64,000 nucleotides of DNA from the human T2T-CHM13v2.0 reference genome, Homo sapiens, in NCBI RefSeq assembly GCF_009914755.1, contig NC_060944.1. One strand, 5' to 3'. The first letter of the stretch is position 1. Each line of letters opens with the position of its first letter. Under the pieces are notes generated by a model, which worked only from the letters and a program-made list of their open reading frames with translations, was not told the DNA's origin and did no database searches. Made by a program: the position numbers and the translations under genes. Shown here piece by piece: positions 1-22,630 of the stretch.

Positions 1-107
1 AAGGCCAGAATTCTGTACGCAGCTTCCCTCTGTGGCCTGGGAGAAGCAAGACCTCCAGCATGTCCTACAAACAGCTCCTCACTCAGAGAATCCAAAATAC
101 AGAGCTA

Positions 108-305
<198 letters not shown>

Positions 306-915
306 CTATTACACGACTAAGATCTCAGCAGTGGGGAAAGCACGTGCGCTATGGCCTGGATATAATATTCTGTCTAGTCTGCTCTTTGAGAAAACCACTT
401 TCCCATCACAGAGCCCTGTGAGCCAGCAGGGAACAAGCAGCAGAGGACAGCCCAGTGTTTTCGTAAATGGGAATGGTCGTGCCTCTTTGTAGATTCTTAT
501 CCCTCAACCCTACCAATGAGAGGCAGACAAAGGGGCAGTCTGAGGCCCCACAGTCAAGAACCGTTTAGAAGCTTATCCAAGTGAGGCAGCCCATCCCTCA
601 GCATAAAGACAGGTCCCTAGTGAGCATCTGCAGAAGAGCCAGGCCCCAGCTAACTCTAGTCCCAGAGTTCTAGGATGAACTAAACCCCCAAGGCTGTGCT
701 ACAAGGCTTAGCACCCAAACCTTGCAGAGAACCTGGCTCACAAAGCAAACAACATAGCAGGCCTGCCTGGAGTTTGCTCTCAGTGGCTTCCTCCCTCTCT
801 CAAAGTGTCCCTGCAAGTGCTGGCTGGGCCAGGGAGAGGAAGCCCAGTGGGGAGGCATCAGGGAGGCAGTGGCGGGGCTTCTCAGGGCCAACAGCAGCTC
901 TGAGGTGTCTGGTCA

Positions 916-1209
<294 letters not shown>

Positions 1210-1310
1210 CTATGCTAAGACTGTGACAATGCAGATGGTTGGGATAGATTCATGAGAAAATGCAAGAGACAGAACTGATGTGACTGGTGGCAGCTTAGAA
1301 AGGATGGAGT

Positions 1311-3110
<1,800 letters not shown>

Positions 3111-4372
3111 CAAAAAAGAAATAAAAAAAAAGAAGAAAAGGAGGTGATGGGTGAGAGGGAAAAACAAAAGTACCAAGACCTCTGAAGCAGCAGGGGCTGG
3201 CTGTTGGAGCCTGAGATTAGTGGGCTTGGGTGTGGGGCCGAAGTTTCTGATTTGATCACATAAATCAAGCAAAAGCTATGAGCTAAGGACCCATGTAATT
3301 CTCCCATCTGAACCATGATGGTTCTATGCTTGGAGCCCTCAGTGGTCCCCTACAGCAGAAACTGATAGCTGCCGACCCCCCATATTGTCTCCCTCTTCTT
3401 CCAATACCAATACCCCATGGGTGATGGGTCCAGAAAGGCACAGCAATCCAATGAGATAAGTCGGCAGAGAAATTGGGGGAGGCGCTGCACTGACAAAGGC
3501 ACCCACAGGAAGAGCCAGCCTCTCCTCATTGGCTGGATGCAGTGTCTGGCTTTGACACCCAGACCTGTAGCACCACTTGGCAACCATAAGGGGCAGGAAC
3601 CTGAAAGACAAGCTGACACACCAAGAAGGGGAGGACACGAAGACATACATCACCTGGCTCCTCAGTGGCCTTGCTCTGCTGCTTGAGCGCCTCACTTGTT
3701 ATACAGCCAACACCTGCTAGCTGAGTGGGGGTTCTCTGTGATAACAGCTGAAGACACCCTAACAGACGCACTCCCTCTCTCCCTACTCCCAGGCTCCAGT
3801 TACGGTAAATGCTTTTTGGTTCCTGAAATGTGTCTTTTCTGCCTCTGGATTATAGCAAATGCTATTTCCTTCCCCTGGAATACTGTACCTTTCCTCAACA
3901 TTGAGTTGACTGACTCCTACTGGTTTTGAGGCCTTCTCTGATGCCCACTCCAGGACAGCAAGGGCTCCAGAGGTCTAAACTGATCCTCAGGCCTACTAGT
4001 CAGAAGAGAGGAGAAGGCAAACAGAAGCTCAAAGACTTTGGTCAGAAATGGATCTAGAGCTGAAGAGCTCAGCACTGGGGCAGCTCCTGGTTTTAGGTCT
4101 AGAGGAGGCCATGACTGGCTCAAGAGGTGTGGAGTGTAAGGCTCTGAACAAGAAGGTCAAAAAGCTGTGAGAAGAGCCCCTGAGCAGGTCATCCAGGCGA
4201 GGAGGGCAAACCTCTGCCATGGAACAGGAGGACCCAGACTAAGTAGGCCCTTGGCGGAGAGGGGTGATGGACAAGCCTGATGGCGTGAAGGCCCAGGGTG
4301 GGGAAGGTTTCTGAGAGTCTGAGCAGCATCAGTGGTCTGCAGAGCACCAGCAGAGGCTCTGAACTCACATCA

Positions 4373-4525
<153 letters not shown>

Positions 4526-4859
4526 TCACCCACATGGAGGCACAGGCCAAATTCAGGACAGCACAGCTGGGAGTTTTAGGGACTGGGGAGGGACCATACA
4601 CCAGGGTCTAGGGTTCACAGGTTCTACCCGCCACACCCTGTTGCTCCCCTGTGGCTCTGCCACTGTTCCCAGGGGAGGGAAAACCCTTTCACTGGAGTGG
4701 AGACCAAATTGTGTGACCACCCACAATCCTCAAATCCCTCTGTCTACTTTTGGTTTCAAAAGGTAAGAAGACATACAGCACATAGAATACTGAAATGGTA
4801 CCAGGAGGCAGAATTAACTCTGGGACACCCTTTTTCCAGTGTCTAGGACATCTCAGTCA

Positions 4860-4994
<135 letters not shown>

Positions 4995-5003
4995 TTAAGT
5001 ACA

Positions 5004-5296
<293 letters not shown>

Positions 5297-5458
5297 AAAA
5301 AATTTTAAGTACAAATATTTGAATTCTCCCTTACATCTATGCCATTTTGCACACAAAAACTTGTTTAAATATGTATATGCCTCTTTCATTTTGAGACTGG
5401 GAAGCATGACTGCCCAGTTAAATCAGGAGCTGAGGATGAAGGTTTTACCTAACCTTAG

Positions 5459-8219
<2,761 letters not shown>

Positions 8220-8414
8220 AGATCATTTTTTGTTACGAAAAAAGTTGGTGGTGTAAGGGGTGGTATGGAGGATGTAGAGAGGTGCTTGGGAAAAGTGAGT
8301 AAGAATAACAAAGATAATCCAAATAAACATGAGAGATTAATTCTGGCCAAGCTTTAACAATGTCTTCCCCTAAACCTTCAACAGAGCAGAAACAAATTGT
8401 CCATGCTATACAGG

Positions 8415-8880
8415 AATAAGTGTAGCACGATGCCTAAGAGAAAAAGCTCTGAGCCATTCAACCTGGGTTTGAAATCCAGTTCTTTCATCTACTAAGCTAT
8501 AAATTGTCAAGTCATTAACTCTTTGCTGCCCCTGGTACCTTATCTGTAAAATGATAAAATAACGGAATCCACTTCACAGGATTGGTGTAAATGAGACAAC
8601 ACAAACAAAGCTCTCACAACAGCACTGTTCAACAGAGCCTTCTGGGGCAATGGAAATGTTCTAGATCTGCACTGTTGGACACGGTAGCTGCCAGCCACAG
8701 GAAGCTATGAAGCACTTGAAATGTGGCTGTGTGGCTGAAAGACTGAATTATAAATTTTGATTTTTATTAATTTACATTTCATTAAATAGCCATGTGGCTA
8801 GGAGCTGCCATATAGAGAGTGGAGTCTTTGAACAATAGCTAGCACACACAGTAAATGTTCCAGCGTGTTGGTATTAGTAT
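8415..8880. mobile_element. MIR interrupted by a MER3 (hAT-Charlie MITE, about 8620-8822)
   Basis: MIR core (ctgggtttgaaatccag...tctgtaaaatg) and MER3 motifs (atggaaatgttctagatctgcactg...cacttgaaatgtggct...aaatagccatgtggcta). Confidence 0.75.
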
Positions 8881-9324
8881 GATTACAGTAACTTTGCAGC
8901 ACACTCTCTCCTTTGTCCTCTTCTCCTCTGGAGAGGTCCACAGGCTGTGCAGCATCCTACAGAGAACATTCCCTGGGCCATATGAGCAGGGAACCCAGCA
9001 GATGGGAACCCTAGAGGACTGACTGACGGTATTGTCAGAAGCGAGTCTCACCTGGGAAAGTTATAGCTCCTTGGTTCTGTGCCAGGCACTTTGCCCTCAG
9101 TAGGGGCTGGAGGAACACAGGGCACAGCGGTGCTTGCTGCCTACAGGATGATTCCCTAAATTGAAACATCTAAGAAGGCTCGCAGTTTGGAGCCCAAGAG
9201 GTGGAGCACTGGGCTCCTGGCAAGGCCAGCAGCTGCCGGACAGGCAGGCCGTGCCAGCTGCCATGTGTCACCCTTGCAAAGCACATCTGGTATTTTCACC
9301 TTCTCTCTTTTTTTTTTTCTGTAA

Positions 9325-9643
<319 letters not shown>

Positions 9644-10021
9644 TAGCGGGGACTACAGGCATGTGCCATCATACCCAGGTAATTTTTGTACTTTCAGTAG
9701 GGACGGGGTTTCACCATGTTGGCCAGGATCGTCTCAATCTCCTGACCTCATGATCCGCCTGCCTCGGCCTCCCAAAGTGTTGGGATTACAGGCATGAGCC
9801 ACCGAGCCCGGCCAGGACTGACTTTACCTGCACGTTTTGTTTATTCTTCATGTCCCCTAAATACATACAAGCATTTTTGTTTTTTTCTGCCAAACCAAAT
9901 GAAAATTAGCTGTACTCATCATGATATTTTACCCCTAAATACTTCAGTATGCATCTCCCAAGAACAAGGACATTCTCTTACAGAACTACGATATCATGAT
10001 CACATCCAAGGAATTTACTGG

Positions 10022-10155
10022 CTCCCAGCAATCACCTGGGAGCTTGTTAGAAATGCAGAACCTCAGCCCCCAGCCCAGATGTACTGAACCAGAAACTAAT
10101 TTTCAACAAGATCTCCACTAGAGATGCATATGCACCACAAAGCTGGAGAAGCATG
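10022..10155. mobile_element. MER5A hAT MITE fragment
   Basis: atcacctgggagcttgttagaaatgcagaa...aacaagatctcc...gagaagca. Confidence 0.75.
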
Positions 10156-10221
10156 AACATACATCCACTTTCAAATTTCCCCTTTTTGGTGGGGGAGGTT
10201 CCACGATCCAATCAAGAATCA

Positions 10222-10425
<204 letters not shown>

Positions 10426-10566
10426 TCACTTGAACCCAGGAGGTGGAGAGGTGGAGGTTGCAGTGAGACGAGATCACGCCACTGCACTCCAGCCTGGGTG
10501 ACAGAGTGAGACTCTGTCTCAGAAAAAAAAAAAAAAAAAAAAAGACTATGTTCAAAAGTTACTTGA

Positions 10567-10807
<241 letters not shown>

Positions 10808-11400
10808 TAGAGACAGGGTTTCGCCATGTTGGCCAGGCTGATCTTGAACTCCTGACCCCAGGTGATCCGCCTGCCTCAGCCTCCTAAAGCGTTGGGATTA
10901 CAGGCGTGAGTCACTGCACCCGGCCTAAATTTATCATCTTTATTCTCCTTTAACCTGGAACAGTTCCTCTATCTTTTGGTTGGTTTGATTCTCATGGTGT
11001 TGATATTTGAGAGTACATGTCAGAGCTTTTGTGTCCCACACTTGGATTTGTCTGTTTCTAATTCTCATAATTAGATTCAGGTTATGCATATTTTGAGATT
11101 AATACCCAGGTGGTGTTGCATCCTTCCCACTGCATCACATCAAGGAGGTACAGGGTATCAGTTTGTCCCATTACTGGTCTCACTGAGTTTAATCGTTTGT
11201 TCAACATAGGTATACCAGACCTTTCCATTGTAAGGTATTTTTCCCTCTTTGTAAGGAGTCAGTAGTCTATGGAGTGGTACTTTACACAGTACAGGACTAG
11301 TAATATTTTTTTTCTTCAACAGTCTTTCACCTAGTGCTTTTAGCATTCATTGATCGTTCCCTAAATCAAATACTGTATTAGACTGAAGGTTACAAAATGA

Positions 11401-11547
<147 letters not shown>

Positions 11548-11817
11548 TGAGTAGCTGGGACTACAGGTGCCCGCCACCATGCCCGGCTTATTTTTTGTAT
11601 TTTTAGTAGAGATGGGGTTTCACCGTGTTGGCCAGGATGGTCTCGATCTCCTGACCTTGTGATCTGCCCGCCTCAGCCTCCCAAAGTGCTGGGATTACTG
11701 GCCTGAGCCACCATGCTCGGCTGATTATTTTCTAGTTCTATCAAACCTTATTTACTTGGTATTCTTCTATAAAGGGCTTTGCTATCCTGCCCCCTTCCAC
11801 CTTTTTTTTTTTTTTGA

Positions 11818-11922
<105 letters not shown>

Positions 11923-12962
11923 TGAGTAACTGGAATCACAGGCATGCACTACCATGCCCGGCTAATTTTATATTTTTAATAGAGATGGGGTTTTGCCATA
12001 TTGGTCAGGCTGATTTCGAACTCCCGACCTCAGGTGATCTGCCTGCCTCGGCCTCCCAAAGTGCTGGGATTACAGGTGTGAGCCACCGTGCCTGGCCCCA
12101 CCTTTGTTTTTGAGGATCACTGTGGACACACATTTTATTCCATGTGTTATAATTCATAGTTCCAGTATTATCATGGTTCTTTCTTATCCCCAAATTGTCC
12201 CAAATTAGACTAGCAGGAACTTCTTAAGCTACTTCCCATATCCTTTTGACACATCTCCACTAATCTTTGAGTACTTCCTTGCTTTATTGGCATAAAATGG
12301 ACCAGGCTCACCTTGTACTTTCCTTGACCTAGGCATGCAGTCAGCTAATTCTCCAAGGAGTCCTGGTACCTTGTAGTGGGGACTGGTACTTAGAAACCAA
12401 GATACAGAGGTAAGGGTATTTGCTGCAACTGTGGTATTACTATTCTGGTCCCTTTCAAAGGAAAATGGTAGGAAATATACATTTTTAAAAATAATGAATT
12501 TATATTGAATCTCCAATTCAAATCAACATTTGATCTTTGGGAGGCCGAGGTGGGTGGATCACTTGAGGCCAGGAGTTCAACACCAGCCTGGCCAACATGG
12601 TGAAACCCTGCCACTACTAAAAATAGAAAAATTAGTCTGGTATGGTGGTATGCACTTGTAATCCCAGCTACTAGGGAGGCTGGGGCAAGAGAATCACTTG
12701 AATCCAGGAGGTGGAGGTTGCAGTGAGCTGAGATCGTGTCACGGCACTCCAGCCTGGGTGACAGAGCAAGACTCTGTCTAAATAAAATAAAATAAATATT
12801 TGAAGGGTTTTTCTTCATCTTCCCCATTTCATATTCATAATCTCCTCTCTTCAATCAGTGATGTTGTTTAGAACCAGGGTTCCAGCAGAGGATTATGTTC
12901 AAAAGTTACTTGAATTAAATACTTTTCTTGGTGTGGCTGTTATTACTTTGATATACAGATAG

Positions 12963-13154
<192 letters not shown>

Positions 13155-13295
13155 TAGTAGAGGCGGGGTTTCGCCATGTTGGCCAGGCTGGGCTGGTCTT
13201 GAACTCCTGACCTCAGGTGATACGCCCGCCTCGCCCTCCCAAAGTGTTGGGATTACAGGCATGAATCACTGTGCCCGGCCCCTTTTTTTTTTTGA

Positions 13296-13481
<186 letters not shown>

Positions 13482-13829
13482 TAGGGCTGGTCTCGAACTC
13501 CTGACTTCGTGATCTGCCTGCCTTGGCCTCCCAAAGTGCTGGGATTACAGGCGTGAGCCACTGCACCCAGCCTAGATTCGCTTTTTTTGGTTTGTATTTA
13601 ATTTAGTTTTTTCCCTCCTTTATTTAATTTTTGAATACATAAAATATCTACATAGTTCAAAAGTCAAAACTACATTAAAAAGGTATATAACCTTTTATCT
13701 GAATTGAGCAAACAAAACAGCTATATAACCAGGTGTTTTCTCCTCGTATATGTGTGTACACAAACAAAATCACTAATTCTCTATTTTTAGTTTGTAATTT
13801 GAACCCAAGTCCATGAAGTAAAGAGATAA

Positions 13830-14030
<201 letters not shown>

Positions 14031-14609
14031 TAAATATAGAGGCGGGGTTCCACCGTGTTAACAAGGATGGTCTCAATCTCCTGACCTTGTGATCCGCCTG
14101 CCTTGGCCTCCCAAAGTGTTGGGATTACAGGCGTGAGCCACTGCACCCGGCCACTTTTTTTTTTTTTTTTTAATAGACAAAGTCTCACTACTTCGCTCAG
14201 GCTGGAGTGCAATGGTGTGATCATGGCTCAGTATAACCCTAAACTCCTGGGCTCAGGCAATCCTCCTGCCCAGCCTCCTGAGTAGCTGAGACTACAGACA
14301 TGCACAACCATGCTGGCTGTTTTTTTAAAAAACTGTTTTGGTAGAGACAGAGTGTCACTATTTTACCCAGGCTGGTCTTGAACTCCTGCAAGGAGTTTTG
14401 GGCTCCCTAAGTGCTGGGATTACAGGTTGAGCCATCACATCCGACCCTTCTCTACGTTCTCTATGCCATTTCTTTCACACTTTAATACAAGGATGTTAAG
14501 AGAATCTTGGCTACCATCCTTCAATGGATGAGAATGTGAATGGATCAAAACAAAATGCCTCAAAATGGTACACGATGGGGTCTTCTTGGTGATTTTTACA
14601 GAGCATCTA

Positions 14610-14977
<368 letters not shown>

Positions 14978-15372
14978 TCACTATATTGTCCAGGCTGGTC
15001 TCAAACTCCTGACTCAAGATCCTCCCACCTCAGCCACCCAAAATGCTGAGATTACAGGCACGAGCCATTGTGCCCAGCCTGCTTTTTTTTTTTTTTTTTT
15101 TTAAAGAGATGGGGTCTTGCTCTGTCTCTCAGGCTGTGGAATGCACTGACACAATCATTGCTCACTGCAGCCTCCAATTCCTGGATTCAAGTGATCCTCC
15201 CTTCTCAGCCTCCCGAGTAGCTGGGACTATAGGTGCGTGCCACCGCACCTGGCTCAAAAACTGACTTCTCCAAATGTTTAGGTCTTAGATACAGTAGAAA
15301 GACTCTGTGGGCCACAGACAGAGTGCTGTATCTGAGAAAGCAACTGGTCTTGCAGAGTGAATCTATAGATTA

Positions 15373-15978
<606 letters not shown>

Positions 15979-17788
15979 TGAACTCCTGACCTCAGGTGAT
16001 CAGCCCACCTCAGCCTCCCAAAGTGCTGGGATTACAGACATGAGCCATTGCACCCGGCCTCCTCTATTATTTTAATTCTGGTATCTAGCTGATACTTGGA
16101 ATTCTTAGTCAAAGGGCCTTTTCACACATCCTGTATTTAGCATCATCAGGAACTGGTGCCATTTACCTTCACCAGTTCAGAACAACACAATTATCAAAAA
16201 CTCACCATATAACAGGGGTTATTCATTATATCCTCAAAGAGTGCACTGCCAAGATACTGTGCACAGGGAGCCACATGATTCCAAGATAAATGCTAACAGA
16301 TTTTAGTCACGTGGTAAGAAAGGGTGGCCCATGTAAGAAGAGGTTGCAGGGTGGGCCATGATCACTCCCAACCTTTTGGTGAAAATACAGAAGTAAAATT
16401 CACAGGACCACAGAGAATTTGGAGATCAGGAAACTTACCACACTTCACCACCCCAAGATAATTATAATACCCCTTCCATATTCATTCCTATTTTAACAGT
16501 TATAATCATAGCGCATATATAAGATTATTCATTTTGCATTTTTGTTATTCAATAATTTTTATTTACTTCTTCTTTTTTTTTTTTTGAGACGGAGTTTCAC
16601 TCTTGTTGTCCAGGTTGGAGTGCAATGTTGCAATCTCAGCTCACTACAGTCTCCACCTCCCATGTTCAAGTAATTCTCCTGCCTCAGCCTCCTAAGTAGC
16701 TGGGATTACTGGTGCGCGCCACCATGCCCAGCTTATTTTGTATTTTTAGTAGAGATGGGGTTTCTCCATGTTGGTCAGGCTGGTCTCGAACTCCCGACCT
16801 CGTGATCTGCCTGCCTCGGCCTCCCAAAGTGCTGGGATTACAGGTGTGAGCCACCGCACCCAGCTGTACTTCTTAATATCGTAGAAAATTTCAAACATAC
16901 ACAACTAGAAAAATAGTAGAATGAACTCCCATCACCTGGTTTCAGGAACTACCAACACTCAGCTAATCGTATTTCATCTACACTCCACCCAGCTCATCCC
17001 CGGCTCCCCTACTGTATGATTTTGAAGTCAATCCCAGATACCCAATTATTTCAAACAAAAATACTTCAACGTGAATTTCCATAATATAAGGACTCTAAAC
17101 ATATTAACAATGAACTCCTTAATATAAAAAAATCCAGTCTGTGTTCAAATTTCTCTGTCTTATAAATGTTTTCTCAGTTAATAATTTTTGAATCAGGAAC
17201 CAAAGGAAGTCTACATATTATATATATTTATATATTCAGTGGCTCACTGAAGCATTGACCTCCTGGGCTCAAGCAATCCTCCTGCCTCAGCCTCCTGTGT
17301 AGCTGGGACCACAGGTGTGCGTGCCACCATGCTTGGCTAATTTTTTTATTTTTTTTAGACACTGGGTCTCATTTTGTTGCCCAGACTGGTCTCAAACTCC
17401 TGGGCTCAAGTGATCCTCATGCCTTGGCCTCCTCTAAAGTGCTGGGATTACGGGCGTGAGCCACGGCACCCAGCTTCATTAGGATTTTCAGTTCCTCTAG
17501 TGGTCACTTTTATATCTTTAAAGAGTATACTTAACCCTTTATAACTTGATTTAATAGCTTTAAACTTTATCAATCTCCCATTCTGAAAGATGTAAAGAGT
17601 ATCTCTCCTCTGCCAATTTTTTGTAAAATATAATTTCATAGATAGGCTTTCAACATTTATATTCTATTTTGTAATAGAATTCTCACAGGTGTTATAATTC
17701 TATACTTAAAAAAGATTCAATGCTCATCATCAACCCATTTACTAATAGAGAGTAGTTTAATTATTTTTTTATTATTATTATTTCTTGA

Positions 17789-17905
<117 letters not shown>

Positions 17906-18290
17906 TAGCTGGGATTACAGGCATGCACCATCATGCCGGGCTAATTTTATATTTTTTAGCAGAGATGGAGTTTCTCCATGTTGGTCAGGCTGGTCTCGAA
18001 CTCCTGACCTCAGGTGATCCACCCGCCTCGGCCTCCCAAAGTGCCGTGATTACAGACGTGAGCCATCGCGCCCGGTGAGAGTAGGTTTATAAATGAATAG
18101 TTCTTAAGTGAATATCTCTAAATTATGGAGATTTCTGCTTTCCTAAGTGACCTTGTAACTGCAGAATCCTAAGTAATGAATATTCAGTAATGAACACTCT
18201 ATACTGATACTATTTACTTCAGTCAAGTGTTAAGTTAAAAAAATTAGCTGTATTCAGTTATTGAGGGCGAAACTCAGAACATATAGAAAG

Positions 18291-18708
18291 TGTGTCAGGC
18301 TGTTTTGGGGTTGCTGTAAAGAAATACCTGAGGCTGACTAATTTATAAAGAACCTTTAGCTTAATTGGCTAAAGGTTCTGCAGGCTTTCCAGGAAGCGTG
18401 GCGCTGGCATCGGCTTCTGGGGAGGCCTCAGGAAGCTTAAGATCATGGTAGAAGGCCTGGGAGCCAGCATATCACAGTGGTGAGGGCAGGAGCAAGAAGG
18501 GGCGGGGGAGGTGCCACACTCCTTTAAACAGCCAGGTCTCCTGTGAACTCAAGAGTAAGAACTCACTCACTATCACAAGGACAGCACCAAGCCATTCATG
18601 AGGGATCTGCCCCCATGACCCAAACACCTCCCACTAGGCCCCACTTTCAACACTGGGGATTATGTTTCAACATGAGATTTGGAGGGGACAAACATCTAAT
18701 TTATATCA
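18291..18708 (-). mobile_element. MSTA-type (ERVL-MaLR) solo LTR
   Basis: TG...CA ends; ctggggaggcctcaggaagctt, gggatctgcccccatgacccaaacacctcccactaggcccca, caacatgagatttggaggggacaaacatc. Confidence 0.85.
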
Positions 18709-19045
18709 GAAGTGTTCACAAAGAAAATAAAATAATTCCTTTCCTGTCCAGACACCTAAATTCCCTGCCCTGGAGGCAACTGCAGTTATCAGATTCTTAC
18801 CTCTTCTTCCAGAAGATCTGCTGAGTATATACAAAAGTGTTGAGTATAATTTTTTCCACAAGTAGTGACACATTACACTGTTCTGCACCTTTTCCCCCCA
18901 CTTACTCCCTTTACTTTTTAATTTTGGTAAAGCTTACATCTTCCTTCAAATCTTTCTTAACATTTTATCATCCTAGTCCTCCCCTCATGCCACCCTGCTC
19001 TCTCCCCTTCTCTGAACTAAAAAAAAAGAAAAAAAGTTCTTTTGA

Positions 19046-19213
<168 letters not shown>

Positions 19214-21899
19214 TGAGTAGCTGGAATTACAGGCGCACACCACTGCACCCGTCTAATTTTTGTATTTTTAGTAGAGATGGGGTTTCACCATGTTGGCCAG
19301 GCTGGTCTTAAACTCCTGACCTCAGGTGATCCACCTGCCTTGGCCTCCCAAAGTGCTGGGAATGCAGGTGTGAGCCACTGCGCCTGGCCTGGACTTAGAT
19401 TATTTATCTTCTTCCTCTATGGGAAAAGCTACCATAATGTAAAGACTAAGGCATTTAGAGCCAGGTGAACCTGAGTTTGAATTTTGAGTTCCGCTAATTA
19501 CTAATGGGTGATACTAGACAAATTGCTCTACTTTCTCTCTGAAACCAAATATCCTCCTCTGTAAGATGGGAACCGTAACACATCACTCTAGGTTATCAAT
19601 AAAACCTAGGCTTATCATAGGGCCTACAGAGAGTAAGAATCCATGAAATACAATCTATCATTTCCACCACTACCACCATCAGCACTGTCAATTGAGCATC
19701 AGCCTGAGAATTAGACTTCTCCCTGTACATAGAGGGGCCTGTCAGTGGCTGTGGCATTGGGTCTTGGCCATATCAACCACTGGGAAACTAAGTCATACAA
19801 TTTCCACAAGCCAAGGCAGCTACACTCGTGGTTTAGATGGGGGGCAAGGAATAGTTTGAAGGCAGATTCCAGGACCCCTGGTCCCCTGCCTCTAGTCTTT
19901 GGTACCTGTGTTCGCATGGCCATTTGGAAAGGTCACTCTGCAGTGCACTCTGGAGGCTGCAGATGAGGCAGCAAAGCCAGCCTGGAAAGCTTGATGCCAG
20001 AATCCCATGCCCTGGTGCAGCCACAGAAAGTAGGGCCTCTGGAAACTGAGTAAGGCAAAGTCAGGAGGCCAAGTCCAAAATGTGGCACAGTGGGGAGGCA
20101 AGCAGGATCTCAGAAGCCTCAGCACATTCTAGAGATGGCAGACATGGAAGCCATATCCTACAAAGGGCCTGCCAGATTCCCAGGGTGGAAGGCAAGAAGA
20201 GCTCTGGCGGGTCTGGCAGTGAAGAGCCAGCAAAGGTTGAGGGAAGATCTATAAATACCCTAGGACTCTGTTTGGTATCTTCTTGGGCAAAAGAAACCAA
20301 AGTGTCAGACTAGTGCAAATGTGGCCATATGAACGGTGGTGCACCAGGGTCACAAGCACAGGCCTGGCCTGCCCAAGAAAAGGCTGGGATCTGGGTCTCT
20401 GACAGACACAACTTGTACAAAGTCCTGTCTGCTGCACATGTACCATATGGACAAAGCTTGTGGGGTTGGGATTCTAGGTCAGGAACTGGGCACAGAAAAG
20501 GGGCTTTGCTTTATAGGGAAACAAGCAAGAGGATTATCCCCAGCATTCCTTAGGCCAGCTATGTAAACTGCCACCTGCCAAGAGGAAATGCCATCTGTGA
20601 GGCAGGTACAGCAGTTATCTGGAGCACAGGGTGAACAGGCCATAGTGAGCGGTTCCACCTTGTTTGGGCCAGGAGCTTCCTTCTGTTCTGTATCAAGGAG
20701 TGGACAGCCAGATTTGGCCAAGGTCTCACCAGTCTGGGCTGTGAGCGAGCAGACAGCCTGGCGTATCCTATTCCCAAGAGCAGAGAAACATCCCTATTGT
20801 CTGGCTGACCATCCCAGTCTGGGCTAAAGTATTCCAGAAGCCCAGCAGAAAACAAAGGTGACTTCTTCTATCTACAGATGCTTTTAAAAGCAGGCCATGA
20901 CAGTAAAGTATCTCCACTTTGCTCTCACACCAGCATTATAATGAGTCTTACTTGCTGTTTAAGCACTGAGATTATTTCTTAGTCCTTTGATTTCTATAAT
21001 ACACATTGTCTTGGGGCTGCAACATAGTCCTTTTCTAACTGGAAAATAATCTCTTATGAATCGGGTAGCCTGACTCATGAACAGGAGCAAAGGGAGGAAA
21101 TATGCTCCCTTAGGACATGAAGTATTTGTCTACTGCTGGCAGATCCCACCTCCAAGCCAGCTACCAAATCTCCTAGGAGAAAAGAAATACTTGCCTTTTA
21201 TCTCCTCCCTCCCCAGACAGCCCATGCCCATGGCAAGCCTGGTCAGGCCAGTCCACAGGGTCCCATGGGCCCAGAAGCAAGGCAGTGTCACTCCATGAGC
21301 CCCTTGGAGGAGTTCCGAAAACAGCATATGTGGCCTGAAGGTGATCAGCCCACATCTGATCACACCCCTAGCTCTACACAAGCACAGAGTTTAACACACA
21401 TTGTCTTTGCACAATGAGTTGGAAGGCAGTATAAATGAAACATGCCTACCAAATGCCAGAGAGAACAGTCTGTTTTGGCCTCAAAGGGTTCAGACTAAAA
21501 GGGGCTTTTCTCTTGTGAGACAAGCCCAGGGCTGCCCCTGATTCAATGATGAAAACAGAACACTTCCCCAAGGCTCTCTGCCAGGGAAGCCCCACCATCT
21601 GTGCTTGTTCCTCATGCAAAAAAGAAGAGGGACACTGAGGGAGAATGCCAAGGAGCTGAGGTGCACTAGGGTGCCAATCATCACACGGTGGACAAGGGGC
21701 TCTGAAAGGAAAAGAAGGCTCCAGCATTTACAAGAACAAGGCAGGCCTGAGGCTGGACAGGTCAGCAAGTCCTAGGCACACCATCTGATAGTCAATACTG
21801 CCCCCTAGGCAAACACTTCCTCAACTTCACCTGCTTCCAACTAAAGCTCTTCTCAAGGACACTGCTTCTCTGAGTCAATCTTCACTTGGGCTCTGGACC

Positions 21900-22630
21900 C
21901 TACCCCTTCCTTCTCAGGGGTCCCCTCTATCAAACCTAGTATCTCCTTGCAGCCCACAGGCTTTCTCAGCAGCAAATAAGGAGGAACTGATCATTAAGAA
22001 ATGACAATTCTTGGAAGTATTCTCTAGCCATCTTCCTTTTTACAGCCCCAAGCACTCTAGAATATCATCTGCACCTGCTGGCTTCCAGTATCTCACTTGA
22101 CCACTGGCCCACTTGGAGCTGGCTTCAGCCCTCACCTCTCCACTCAGATCCTCCTACTCAGGTCATCAGGGTCCTTCTCACTTACAGAGCCAGTGGGCTT
22201 TTCTCTGTTCTTCCCTCAAGGTCTCTGCAGCATTAGACATCGTGGATCTCTTTTTCTCCTTCCTCAATGTCTCAGGCAACACTCTTCCCTGCTTCTCTTT
22301 CGGTGTCCTGGAACCTCCACCCTCACCCCATCTCTAGCCTTCTGATCTTTTCAACTCTATATCTGGATACTGGCTGACTACAGTCCATGCCATTAACTTT
22401 GACCATGACTTCCAAATACGTATCTTAGGATGAGACAGCCCTCCTTGGTTATCTCCTGGACCTATGTTTTCTCCTGTGCTTTCTATTTGAAGGACAGGTA
22501 CCACCAACCTTCCTAATCTCCTAAGCTAGAAACCTAGGAGTCATCCTAGATACCTCTTTTTCCAACACATGCCCCACATCTAGTCTGTCACCAGATCCTA
22601 TTGACCCAACCTCCACAAAATCTCCTTAAT
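21900..22630 (+). mobile_element. L2 remnant
   Basis: Pyrimidine-rich L2 motifs, e.g. aagctagaaacctaggagtcatcctaga, ccccacatctagtctgtcacca. Confidence 0.65.
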
